Shown here piece after piece: positions 1-12,829 of a stretch of 64,000 nt of DNA. The position numbers and the translations under genes were made by a program. Position 1 is the stretch's first letter. The number at the start of each line of letters is the position of its first letter. The stretch lies in assembly GCF_009914755.1 (NCBI RefSeq), contig NC_060940.1, one strand, 5' to 3'. The notes below the pieces were generated by a model. It made no database searches. It was given only the letters and a program-made list of their open reading frames with translations, and was not told where the DNA came from. This DNA comes from the human T2T-CHM13v2.0 reference genome, Homo sapiens.

Positions 1-463
1 TTTATGGTTTCTTTGGAGTAAAACTAGAAATTGACCTTCCCAGTCTTAAAACTTGAGAAACTTACATTTGTCTTACTGAGTTCCTTTCTCAAGAAACCCA
101 CCATCAGTCCTTCCAGAAAGTATCACACAACTGAATCTTACCAGATCACCACATCTGAACAGTGGGACGCTAGACCCCTCACCCATCATGATTGCCTAAC
201 TGACCAGCTGCTGCCTGTTGACCACCTCCACTTCCTTACCTCTCCCTAATTTCTATTTTCCCATATATAGTTACATTTCTTTCTTGCTATATAACCCCCC
301 AAGTTCAGCTAGTTGAGGAGCTGGATTTCAGACTGATCTCCCGTCTCCTCGGCGCAGCAGCTGAGTAAAGCCTTCTTCCCTGGCAATATGCATTGTCTCA
401 GTGATTGGCTTTTTGCGTTGCAAGCACCAGAACCTAGACCAAAGCCCTGGTATTTCAATAACA
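1..463 (+). mobile_element. ERV1-class LTR, MER39-like, 3' portion (truncated by window start)
   Basis: Ends ...gtgattggctttttgcg...gaacctagaccaaagccctggtatttcaataaca, matching the recalled MER39 U5 end; TATA-like tatataa at ~288; terminal CA. Confidence 0.75.
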
Positions 464-469
464 AAGAAA

Positions 470-560
470 TTATATTTATATGGTTCAGTATAATCCTCAG
501 TTTCAGTCATCTACTGAGGGTCTTGGACCCTATCCTCCATGGATAAGGGGGGTACTACTG
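470..560 (+). mobile_element. MER44/Tigger7-family DNA transposon 3' end (apparently interrupted by the MER39 LTR)
   Basis: ggttcagtataatcctcagtttcagtcatctactgagggtcttggaccc...ggataaggggggtactactg followed by TA (561-562), i.e. MER44 terminal inverted repeat plus Tc1/mariner TA target. Confidence 0.8.
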
Positions 561-3381
561 TACTTTGCCTTTTTTTTCCCCCTGCCATGAAATACAGAAC
601 TTTGTCAAATATAATTTTTTAAAGGAAAAGACACATCTTAAAGACTTTAAAAAAGTGGGAACATGTATTTGTCCTCTGTTCTAATATTGAACACCAAGTT
701 GAGTATTCTGACTCAAATCTTTTTGGTTCTTCTTTCTTTAGAGGATGTCAATATTCTTTAAACTACAATAGACATTTCCAATACATGCAGTCTTTTTCTC
801 CTAAGTATATATTAAAAAAAGAGATCCCAAAGAATTCTTTTTAATGCACTTCAACAATACAGTCTTTGTAGATAATAACAGTTCTGATGGCAACACGGTG
901 TCTTTTATCTTCAAGAATTCTCAAATGAAATAAAAATACTTTTATTCATTTAAACATGTTTTATACAAGTTCATGTTATTTTTAAAATTTTTGCACCATG
1001 GAAAATATTTTTCTCTAAACAAGGATAAAGAGAAAAGTGTTATAGACACACTGAAAGGAGAAATTGAAAATATCATTTACATAATTAATTTTTAAAAAAG
1101 AAAACATAAGATGGTACTATTTACTTAAAATAATTTCATCTAAGAATTTTCATAATATTTTTCACCTAACCACTAATATATTAATTATAATTATTCTATA
1201 AAAACTCAAATGAAATTATTTAAAAATATAAAAGACAAAGTAAAAATATGTTTAGCATCACATGTGAATGTAAATGAATGGAATGCAATGATTTTTTCCA
1301 TTGATGTGCCAAGTTAGAGACTTAAAAATATTTATAAATCATAAACCAGTGAGTTTTTTCTGATTAAATAAAATATATAAAGGTTATCATACATGTTAAT
1401 TATTTTTATATACATAACTGTGATTTTAAATTGCTTGTAAGGCTATGATTATTATTATATCATTTAATTTTGTCAAGATTACATATATTCATGTAATCTT
1501 CACAAAGGTATTAATAAACTAAGTGCAAGAAAGCACAAAAATAATTTTATAATCTTCATATCCAAACATAAGTTTGATAAAACTAGGCTTATAATTTTTA
1601 TTTGCTATATTTTACATGTTTCTTATTTTGACACATATGAAACAGTGCTAATTTACTATTAAATAGCTGTTGAGAGTTTCTTTCTCGATATTATAAGAAA
1701 TCTTTATATCATTTAAATTATTTATAAGTATTTTTATTGGTCATTTATAATCTATAAGATGACAGGGCCGTAATTCAACTTATTCAATGATTATAAAATA
1801 TTTAGTATATTTTCTATTTTGACTATTATAGCTAGCACAATGATTATCATCTCTGTTCTTGCATCATTTTCTATATTTTTCATAATTATCATAATAAATT
1901 CAAGGTATTTCTCAGAAGAATGGCAAAAACAAAGTGAATGTAGAATTCTTCATTAATACTGCAATTTTTAGCCAATGCTTTTACTATCAAAAGTGATAAA
2001 TAAGAGCATATTTTCACTACACCCTTGTCAGTATTGGCGCTTCTTATGTATTTGTTTTATTATTATTGTTGGTGTTTAAACAGATAGAATAAAAATGTCA
2101 TCCTTAATCATCATTTACTACCTTCTTCATAAGTTTTTTAGTCCTCTCAATCAGTTGCCTTTCTCTTCTCCTTTGGCCAATCTACTGCAAAAGAAATAAA
2201 GACTTTTATTATTGATGATACAGTTTAAGGTACAGTCTGATGGGTAGGCTATTTATCTTTATTGACATGTTAATATTTACACTGATCTTGAATTCTGAGC
2301 CATACTTACCAGGCTGCCAAAACCATCTAAACCATAAGAAAAATCTGATTTTCAAATTAATAAGGAATTAATCATACCGTATTTGGATATTTAAAAAAAT
2401 TACTTCTCCTTTTCCTACTTACTATTGACTGATAGCTAAGTAGAAAGTTAAACAAATTGTTCATTATATCCATAAATATATAAAGGAAAAATAGAAACAT
2501 ATTTGTCAGAACAACTAATTAGGACAATTTAAAGTCAGAGATGAGGAAAAAGAGTAAGGAAGAGCTGATATCACCTTCTCTCCAGATCTTCACATAAAGC
2601 TTGGTAACAGATTATTGAAGTCTCTAATTCCAATGTCTCCATCACATCTCTGTCTTCTACCTTACTCGACACCATTAACAGTCTATATAATAGGCATTTG
2701 TGAGCCATTGAACATTTACAAGTTACAAGGATGATTAAAGCTATTATTCAAGGAGATGAGAGTCCTAACTAGTCACACCCAAGCCCACAATCATCTGATT
2801 GGTACTTATATGGATTTTTATTTTTATGTGTATTTTCTCCACTAAATGAATACCATGATAATTAGGCTTATGTCTTTTGCTGTCCATATTCTTCACTTTG
2901 CCAGACATATGTCTTGTTTTTTTGTTTTTTGTTTTTCCTTCCTTCTTACGTGCTTTCCTTCCACATTCATATTAAAACCATACCTGGCTTTGAAGGTCTC
3001 ATACCATTGTCTTCCTGATCCACTTGCCTTTACTTAATGCAGTCTTCCCTTTCCCCATGATTTACTATCATTTCAAATGTATTCATCTCAATTTATAAAA
3101 CAAGAAATGCATGATAAAATGCTTTGAGGATTATCAGCTCTAGGATCACTTGGATCCTATACAGCAGGTTACCAAAAATGGGTCTCATGGAAGAAATCAT
3201 GGCTGAAGACTCTTCAACATCACCATTGTACCAGAAGTGGAGGAGAGGGAAAACCTCTCTGAAACAAGGTGGCGAGATATCTGTATGGGAGCTCTGGAAA
3301 GTTTATCAGCTGTGCAAGATGTTTACACATTTCTGAATGCAAAAGGTAAAGTTGAAAAAGAGACATAGTTTTGTCTTCTGT

Positions 3382-3930
3382 CATTCAACAAACATTAGTT
3401 AAGCATTCACTATGTGCCAAACAGGTTGTTAGGCTCCAGTTTCTTGGAGGTCAGCAAAATATCTTATATGTATTTTGAGGAGGTAAGCAAGAAAGCAGTA
3501 GTAGGACAATTTTAAACAATGGTAAATGATGCATAAAAAATAAAACTGAGTGATGTGTTCGTGTCTGAGATTACATAGTCAGGGAAGATTTCACTGAGGA
3601 GGTGACAGTTGAGTTAAGACCCTCATGACAAATAGAGGATAGCCCAAACCAGGACTGAGATTGGAGGAAGAGAGAGGGCAGTGTTTCCAGAAGAGGAAAG
3701 TGTATGTGCAAAGGCCTTGGGGTGACAACATGCTTAATGTGTTTGAGGGTATGGAAGGAGAGCATGGGTATTCATGAGCATGCCCTGGAACTTTACAAAA
3801 TGTCATGTGAGAGGTAGGCTGAGGCTGCATGTTATGAAGTATTCACAGCCATAAGGAAAACTAATTATGTTTTAACTCTAATGACAATGAGAAGCCGCTA
3901 GAATATTAAACAAGAGTCTATTGTGACTAG
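3382..3930 (-). mobile_element. L2 LINE fragments
   Basis: cattcaacaaacattagttaagcattcactatgtgcca (antisense L2 3' end), followed by gtcagggaagatttcactgaggaggtgacagttgagttaagacc and gtgtttccagaagaggaaagtgtatgtgcaaaggcc. Confidence 0.75.
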
Positions 3931-4384
3931 CAGTTTTCTCTTTCTTTTTTTAAAAGTGATTTCTCTCCTCTCATTCTTATTCTCCAAACTTCCCAGCACA
4001 GACACAGATACTTTTTGGCAATAGGTGTGACTCATCTTTTTTTTTTTCTCTCTCTCTCTCCCTTTTTCTCTCCTTCTGCATTATGTTTGTGTGTATATAC
4101 ATATGTATAATATTTTATTTATGTCTTATGAGATACTTCCATGAACATGTTGCAGGTTCTACAAATATACAAACTAAAATATTTAAATATGTTCAAGCAG
4201 TAAAGTTTAGTTTATAGTCAGCTGAGATAATAATAAAACACCATCTAAATGGTGAGAGATGTTGGTAGAATAAACACCAACACTACAGGTAAAAATTCAA
4301 AACAAAGCAAAACAAAAAAAAAGTCCCCAGAAATTGCAATCTATGTCTTTTTCATTGTTGTTTTGTTTTGTTTTGTTAATGCTA

Positions 4385-4700
4385 CAGTTTCAGTTCCTGG
4401 GAAAGAAGATTAGGCAGTGACACATTCTCAGCAAGACTCATATGATTCCTTGGGAGTTCTGAAGATGCGATGACGCTTTAGATCTGTGTCACGTTGGAAC
4501 AAGAGGGTCTGGATTCTGTATCTCCACATGACCTAGTCATTGGATTGAGGCTACTTAGAAAAAGAGATAGACTTCTGGGCAAATCAATTATCGAAGAGGG
4601 TTTACAGGTGGGAACTGCCTGTCAGCAACATCAGCTGCAGCTGCGAATACAAGCCCTTCATTCCCGAATGGGGATCTGGGTAATATATCACGGCCTTCAT
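4385..4700 (-). mobile_element. LTR16A-like ERV-L LTR, partial
   Basis: gggagttctgaagatgcgatg...gtcattggattgaggct...gtcagcaacatcagctgcagctgcgaatacaagcccttcattcccgaatggggatctggg; similar to the copies at 14.2, 33.0 and 36.6 kb. Confidence 0.6.
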
Positions 4701-4789
4701 TCTATTCCACTTAATCTTCATATAGTTCTCAAACATTATAACTGATCTCCAAATTATTTTTGAAACTACCTAAGATTTTCCAGGCAGTA

Positions 4790-5260
4790 AGCATGGAAAA
4801 TGACCCACCAAAGATGTCCACATCCTAATCCTAGGGACCTATGTTAATTTATATGGCAAAGGGAATTTACAAAAGTAATTAAGCTTAAAGATTATCCTGG
4901 ATTATAAAGACAAAATTTCTTATATTTGGTTTCTTATATGACTGAAAGTGATACGGGTGACTTGAAATCAGAAAAGGAGATGTAACCACCGAAGCAGAGA
5001 TGAGAATGATGCTGTTGCTGGCCTTGAAGATGGAAGGAGGCCATGAACCAAGCAATGTAATCAGTCTCCAGAACCTCTAAAGGACAAGGGAATGGATTAT
5101 TTCCTGGAAGCTCCAGAAGGGAATGCAGCCCAGGCAACACTTTGGTTTTAGCTCTGTGAGACCCACTGTGGACTTTGGAACTCTAAGACAAGACACTTGT
5201 ATTGACTTAGCCCACCAAATTTGTGGTAATTTCTTACAGCAACAATAGGAACCTAATACA
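4790..5260 (+). mobile_element. MLT1D-like MaLR LTR
   Basis: aaagatgtccacatcctaatcc...gctggccttgaagatggaagg...gtggtaatttcttacagcaacaataggaacctaataca (canonical MLT1 end). Confidence 0.85.
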
Positions 5261-5549
5261 CACACCAAGAGTAGCTTTTCATCTTTCAGTACTCTGTTTT
5301 TCCATCATGTCCTACTTATTAAACTCTCATGCTTCATTCTTCCCAGTCCAATCTAAATCAACCCTGTTTACTCATGTTAGCAAAACATCAAGCTTCATCC
5401 TTGGGCCTTTGAAAAATAGGTGAGGGAAGGATAAGATATTTGGGGTAGTTTTGTCAAAATCTCACAGGTTTTATGCAGGTATCTCACAAATGTGAACAAC
5501 ATCCATAATATATATTGTTGGAGGGGGTGCAAATAAAGTGTTATTTAAT

Positions 5550-6830
5550 ACATTCATCCATTCAAGAGGAATTTGTTATATCTATACTATATGCCAGAAT
5601 CTATACCAGACAAAGAAGATACAAATTAGGCCAAATAGAAATATAATTACAGCTTTAGTATCTATTGGAGAAACCAAGAATCTTTAAATGCCTGTCATAG
5701 TACAAGAATAACAAATGTTATATATAGAAGTAGATCATGCTATGAATATCAATAACAAGGGAATTTGTCACAAAAAAGCAGGACAGCTTAAAAGAGGAAG
5801 TGAGGATTAAACAAAGACCTGCCAGAAAATGAGGAGTTAGATAGGTAATGAAGTAATAAGAGAGTGTTCCAAGGAAGAGGCATGTTAAAGATTCTGATCT
5901 TTATTCTAATGCTAATAAGAAAATACTGATGTCTTTAAAATAGGGAGGGGCATGATTATACATGCATTGTGAGAAGCTCATTCTAGTCTAGCTGGAGGGA
6001 TCAGAATAATAAGAGACTAATTAGGAAACAATTTTAAAAATCAAAAATTGCATTATAATAGTTGTGCTAGGATGGTGGTGGTATTCAGGAAGATAGGAGG
6101 AGGCTAGCGGTTGAATACAGATATTTGCAATCTTTGGTGGTAGAGAGAAGACACCCAGCACTACGCTTGTTCCGTTCCCTCCCTGGGATGCACTTCCCTG
6201 TCTTCTTTACCCTCCCCTCATCCATTATGGGCTGACCTGTGCAGATCACATCAATGACTCTCTTGTCTTTTGTTTCTGACTGGGTCCAGTTAATAGAAAG
6301 CATCAATAGGAAAACCAAGGATTTAAGACAATCAGGTATGTCTATTTATTCCTCTGATTACCACGCTGCAGGGTCACCTTGGAAGGCTGCATTCTCAACC
6401 AAAATTACTGCTCCTCTCAAGGCAGCAGATCTGCAAGACTGTCCATATGGATTCCAGAGACTCTTTTTGTGGTAGAGGTCATAAAGAACCGAGAATACTG
6501 TCTTGTTGCTCATGGTAGCCCTGCACCCTGTCCACCCCTTATAAAGACTCCCATGATCAATATATTTTAGAATTATTTTTAATATGAGTGCCATCTGTTT
6601 CCAGTTGGTACCCTGACTAATTGAATGGATAAGGGAGATTAAATATCAAGAATGACTCGTAGTGTTCTGGCTATATAAGAGGATTGATTATCGTGTAATT
6701 CACTGAAATTAGAAATACAGAAAGATTAACGTTGAAGAGAAACATCATGACTGAATGAATGTATTCTGGAAATGTTGAGTTATGGCTTCCTTTTATACAT
6801 CCAAGTGGATATGCTTAGTGAACCATTGGT
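5550..6830 (-). mobile_element. L2 fragments, split by the LTR33 at 6145-6622
   Basis: cattcatccattcaagagg...tatgccagaatc; gaggaagtgaggattaaacaaagacctg; resumes at ~6625 with aagaatgactc...tattctggaaatgttgagttatggcttcc...catccaagtggatatg. Confidence 0.6.
6145..6622 (+). mobile_element. LTR33-family ERV-L LTR
   Basis: ggctgacctgtgcagatcacatcaatgactctcttgtc...tatttattcctctg...gagtgccatctgtttccagttggtaccctgactaat matches the recalled LTR33 layout and 3' end. Confidence 0.75.
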
Positions 6831-7720
6831 TCACTTATAAGACCAAAGCTAGTCAAGAAAGTAGCATAGGACTTCCTGTTAACTATCAACCATGCCAAAA
6901 GAGGTCCAGAAAGGAAATGGAGGCAGAATGCTAGTAGGAAATGGGCTTAAATAACCCAATAAAACAATCTTTGCCTTCAAAGAGGTGATTATTCCTTCTG
7001 CTCAACTAAAGTTGAAGCTTTCTGTGGGACAGAAATATGTCTATTTTTTCCTAGTGCTCATCTTTGAATTGTGTACATTTGCTGTATCCATGCAACTTAT
7101 GACATAGAAGCAATCCCCTAACACCATGTCTGACATAAAGTAGTTGCTCTGTGTCATCTGAATAAATGAATTTTGTACTATGTGTGGATTTTAATTATCC
7201 ACAATACAAGTGAACATGGAAAACATGGAGAAAGCATTCCAAATAATACCCAACAGACTTAGCAACAACTTTAAATGTGCCTTTGGTGTTCTCTTGGAGA
7301 ACATTAGCTTGCTTTTTTGCCTACACTGCCATTCCAGTTGGAACAAACACATGAAGGCATTGAATCCTAGTCCAAGGTTTTAGTCCTCAGCTGAAAGTTC
7401 TAAGTCTTTAAAGTTCAAATTTCCTAATTTCACGTTAAAAAATTAAATAGCAGAGCCTTGAAGTGACTTGTCCACAGAAATGCAATGAGTTACCAGAAGA
7501 GGTAACATTAAGAATGTAAATCTCTGAACATTCAATCTAGGCAATCTTTTCATTTAAATTTATTCCTCTCTTCTTTCTTTTTCTTTTCCTCTTTCTTTTT
7601 CTATTCCTCTTTCTTTTTTAGTTATGTAATTTTGTGTTTTCTTTTGATAAAATAGAAAGACCAAAAAGTACAAAAATATATTTAAAATCATCCTTAAACA
7701 CACTAACAAACTCAACAAAT

Positions 7721-8192
7721 TGTGAAAGGCAGGATAATGCCCCTCCACAAAAGATGTTCATGACATAATCCTAGGGGCCTCTGCATATATTACCTTAGAT
7801 GGCAGAAAGGACTTTAAAGATGTGATTACAATTAAGGACCTTGAGATAGATAGTGCTGAATTATCAGGATGGGCTCAATAGAATAACAAGCATCATTTAA
7901 ACTGGGAGAAACATGTGGAAGAGAAGTCAAGGTTAGAGAGAGATTTGAAGATCATAAGATGGTGGCTTTGAAGTTTTCCTTCATGTTCCCATGACCCAGG
8001 AAGACAGATGGCCTTTAGAAGCTGAAAAAGATGAAGAAACAGAATTTCCCATAGAGCCCTGAACAGGAAGGTAACCCTGCTGACACCTTGATTTCAGACT
8101 CCACACCTCCAGAATGGTCAGACAACTAATCTGAGCTGTTTTATGCCATGAAATCTGTAGTCATTTCTTATGGCAGCAACAAAAAAAAATAT
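7721..8192 (+). mobile_element. MLT1D-like MaLR LTR
   Basis: tgtgaaaggcaggataatgcccctccacaaaagatgttcatg...gctgacaccttgatttcagact...gtcatttcttatggcagcaac. Confidence 0.85.
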
Positions 8193-8599
8193 AGTTATCC
8201 ACAATGTAATCTAATCATACAAATATTTAAAAGTGGAGAAACTTTCCTGGCTGCAGAGAATCAGCGAGATGTTATAAGAAAGAGAAAAAATGCTACTGTT
8301 TAATTTCTTGTTGTATAGCTTTCTAGTCTTTTTAAATTAAAAAACATTTTTCAGAACTAGAAATATTTGTTAGTTTTAGTTTTATAAGAATTATTTATAT
8401 ATGTAAACCATTTATGTAACTACTACTTTTGTAATTTTTTAATTTAAATGTTATTATATTTCTAGATTTATACATATTTTAGTTATTTATGCTAACATAT
8501 AATACATTAAAATAATTTCTTGATTTTTCCAGTAAGTTTATAACCAAACCTAAATATCAAGTAAATACTTCCTTACAGTGAGAAGAAATCTTTATTTGT

Positions 8600-9620
8600 G
8601 TTTTATCCTTTATTTAGTTAATCTTTTAAACCATCTGAAATGTACATAAAAGAGGCAAGATATTTGTTTTTCCAAATTTTCAGAAATATTTTCTTATTGT
8701 GTAATCTGTCCTTTATTAATTACAGTGCCACTTTTATAATATATTAAACAGATATACCTGGGTACATTTTGAAGAATTTATATTCTGCTCTATTAATATT
8801 TCTTTTTATATTTTGGATAGTGTTACATTATTTGCAAGTACTTATCTTCATTATGCCTTTTTACATTTGCCAATGTAACATTTAGCTTTCATGTTCTTTT
8901 TTGTTCAAATTTTTGCTGTTCTCACATCTTTATGAATTTATATATACATGAATATATTATGCAACAGCAATAAAGACTTCAATGTATTATTTTAGAAATA
9001 AAAAATGATTTAGCTTAATTTAGAGAATTGCCATTTTAATAATGTGGCATTTTCCTATTCATGAACTAGGAATATTTCTCCATTTATTTGTCTTTTATAT
9101 CCCTTAATAATGCTTTGTACTTTTTTCAGAAAAAAATTGCATATTCCTTATTGAATTTATCCCAGGATATATTTTATTTTTAGATCTATTATGTATGGTA
9201 ACTTATCCTCCCTGTTATGATAGTTATTACAGAATATAGACAATGTAATGATACTATATACTGACCAGTTAACAACTCCCCAGTTGAACTCTGTTACTTC
9301 TAAAAATGTTCTGTTGAGCATCATGGGTTTTGGCCATTATTCAAATTTTTATGCAAATATGTTCATATGCTTTGCCTGGTTGTAAGCAATTAAATATTTT
9401 GAAAATTGTATTTTTGGTGGCAAGAGGACCAGAATACCCTGACCTGTGATATTTGTCAGGCATCCATTGTAAGTATGGAATATTGTTATAGTCAACGAGT
9501 AATAAATGTTTGGTATGTGACTAAATATATTCCACAGTTATTTCCAAGGTTATCTTATATGTTTTGGTACTGTAAATCATTTCCAAATTAAAGCAAGTGT
9601 TATTTCTGAATGCTAGACTG
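8600..9620 (-). mobile_element. Old L1M (L1ME-type) ORF2 remnant
   Basis: ttaatttagagaattgccattttaataatg...ttcctattcatgaactaggaatatttctccatttatt and gaatttatcccaggatatatttt are typical antisense L1 ORF2 segments; heavily decayed. Confidence 0.6.
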
Positions 9621-12529
9621 AATGTGAAGGCAAAATGTTGTCTTATATACAGTAATTTTGATTCACATCAACATATTTTTGCCTGCTGATTCATTTGTCA
9701 GTACTGTAATATGAGGTTCAATCAAGCTTAATGCTTGTAGAAGTCATAGAAACTAAAACTAAGCAATAATTTTGTGTCTAAATCTGGAGTCATAAATAGT
9801 GCTGAATCTCTTGTCACACTAGTAATGCTAGTATTTTTATTTAAAATGATAGCAGTCTCCTCTAGCTGACTTGTACAATACAGCAATATCAATAAGATAG
9901 ATTTTTAATTTTTTTGGCAGCACAGATATCATATAATGCGTTACTAGTCTAGTTGCTACCTTAATTTGTTACAACGAGGTTTTAAGTAGGAATTTATACT
10001 AAATCACCCACGCACATGTACCTGTATTATTTCATCCACACAAGAATTTTTCACAGTTTCACATACGTGAATTACATACATAATTTCAGCTTGCTTCTTT
10101 TCCTATTTTTATTAAACTCAGGTTTTGAAACTGTTGTCTATTACAGTCATATAATCAGGACCATAATATAACATTTATCTGCCAGCTGTGATACTCTTTC
10201 TTTATTTACTCAAACACATTGTTTTTGGTCAATGTGGGCTTGGGAACAATGTGATGAACAAGAGAAGGTGATGCTCTTTCTTTGAAATGTTGGTTGGTTG
10301 ACAACCAAGCTTCTTAGCTTAAAACTGCGTACAAGTTGGCACTATTAATATCAGATAGGGAAGACAAGAGGAGGAACATATGTTTCAGAGTTTCTTTAGT
10401 TCCTTTATATTTCTAGATAACTTGCCTTTTTGTTCACATTGTATTATTTCATAGCAAAATGCATGTATGTGAATAAAAATGTTGACTAAATGCAAATCAC
10501 TTATGACACATTCAGATGATACATTGGTATGCTATGTCCATCTTTGAATGATTGTGAAGAGAAAATGCTAAATACTGGTGGGCTACTCCTTTTTCTGCCT
10601 CCTAAACTGATGGCCTCACCTTACTGGTAGGACTAAAGAAAGAAAGAATAGAAAGAAATATTTTCTTATAGTAGTAGCTGACCATAGTTGCTAGAATCCC
10701 AATTTAATGCCAGACTTCAAATTCTACTACCATTGGTTTATTTCTGCAGGTCAGTGAGAAAGAAAAAAAAACAAAAAAACAGCTTTGGAGACTCCCAGAA
10801 CTCTCAAGAACCTATTCTTGGACTTAAATATGTATTCCTACTGCATACTATTCTTATTTTTACTCACTTTTCTAACTTCATCAAGGTTTTCCAACCAGTC
10901 ATTTTTCTAGCAGGCTGTAGTACATTCCTAGATAATCCCACAATACTTCCTACATCCATGTCAAAATTTAAGCTTGTATATCCATAATATTATAAAGTTA
11001 TCTTGTTATAATACACACAGTATTTTGTTGTCCTAAGTTGTTAGGTGTCAGAGAAAAATTTCTTTGGTGGTAATTTTAATACTAGTTGGTTAGCTTTTAA
11101 ATGCAATCAAACCATATTATGTTTATGTGAACATTTTGCCAAGAGTCAGATGTTTACTTTTTGTGAGAGTTTATGGACACAAGTATGTATTGAAATAACC
11201 ACTTTATTCTTTCTTCTTTGTACTTTTAATTTTGTTTATGTACGAGTGTATGAGTTTGTGTGTGTGCATGTGTGCTAAGACAAATTTTATTCAGTTATGC
11301 TTATTTATGAAAGTAGATTCAATGACACTTCTAAAATATGAAGAATTCCAGGACTTTATTTTCACAATTTTTATCCGTTATGCATTTCTTCTATTGTTGC
11401 ACAAATCAGTCATATGTAAAGAAGAATCTAGAGAGAAGCATGGGAAATTTTGATATGTATATTTGACCTGTCTCGAGCATCATTTCAGATTTTCTCATCC
11501 AACTCCTATCTTTCTTTCCTCTCCCTATCCTTCTCTCCCTCTTTCCTCTCTCTCTCAGGACTCTACACTCACACAGCACCTACATTCATTGGAAAGGCAT
11601 CAGGGCATGGGATTTGTCCTCCTGATAAGCTGTTGAGTGGTTAGAGGCTATAACCTAGAGGAGTACAAATTTTAGTATCCGGTGGCATGAGATATTGAGC
11701 AATAGAAAGCAGGAAATAAAATGAAGCTTGCCAGATTGAATCATATTTCTTTCTACCATATTTGGATTACTCTAAGATGGTACTGTTTCATGCAACTCTT
11801 TCGGGTGGTGTCCCAGGTGCTGAGCAAAAATGCCTACTACGTGCCTGTGCTCAGAGTTGGCTGGTGTGATGATGCATCCTATACCATCACATTTGCATCT
11901 TGCCTTGCCTTGGTTCCCTTTTCAAATTTATCTTTACTGCCCTGGAATTTCACCACTGAAACACAGGGATAGCATTTTAATATTTGTCCAAGCCCTCTTC
12001 TTGGAAAGCTGAGTCTGATCAATGAAAGAGAAATACATAGAACAGAGGAAACAAGGTTTTCAGAAAAAGGTGCAGTGCTACGGTAATGATGTGGCAGGGC
12101 AAGAATCGATAAAACCTAAATGACTAGGATGCAAAGGCCAGATGCAATAAACAAGACACTAGGATCAAAGGAAGGATCATAGGGAATAGGCAGGAGGAAA
12201 CTGAAGGATAGAGAAGAGCCTGGAGACCGGGGCTTTGAGAAAAAATGGAAAGGACTTTAAACATATCATTTGGATTGAGAGGTTTGGAAAGAAAAGCTGA
12301 TGGAAATCAGACTGAAGCTAACTACATTATGATCAGTGGGTTGGAGTAGAGGATAAATTACTGAGGACAGAGAAAGCAGAACTGTCAGATGGGAAACAAT
12401 ATAAATGTTTGAGGATAAGGTATAAAAGCTTCAGGTGAGAGTTGCTGAGAAGTAGATATATAGAAGCAAGGACAGGAAAAGTATCATACCTAAGACATGT
12501 TAGGTGAACAGAGTTAAAAAAGTAATAAT

Positions 12530-12622
12530 AATGACAGCAAGGAAAAGAGGAGGAAAAGAAGAGGGAGAGGAGGAAGACAAGAAAGAAGAGAAAGCAAATG
12601 AGGAGAAAGAGAAGGAGAAGGA
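12530..12622. repeat. GA-rich low-complexity tract
   Basis: ggaaaagaggaggaaaagaagagggagaggaggaagacaagaaagaagagaaag...gagaaggagaaggaaa. Confidence 0.8.
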
Positions 12623-12829
12623 AATATTGCAGGTTTTTTTTCTTTCTGAAAGTCTGACCTCTCCTTTGAAAATTGGAAAAGCTTTTATGACTTTCCGTTG
12701 GAATAATAGCCCTCAGTCTCTTGTCTTCCAAACTTAATTTTTTTAATTGTATAAGTTAAGCTACACTCTTTTTGTATGTCCATCTTTCTTTCCCCTAGAA
12801 AAGCTATGCTCTATTAAATATATGGATGA

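Noticed and set aside
1-463. MER39 as the known extrapituitary prolactin promoter
   Set aside because: MER39 is multicopy; nothing here indicates the PRL locus.
12333-12737. 132-aa hydrophobic ORF and its Glu/Lys-rich opposite-strand ORF
   Set aside because: Artefacts of the GA-rich low-complexity tract.
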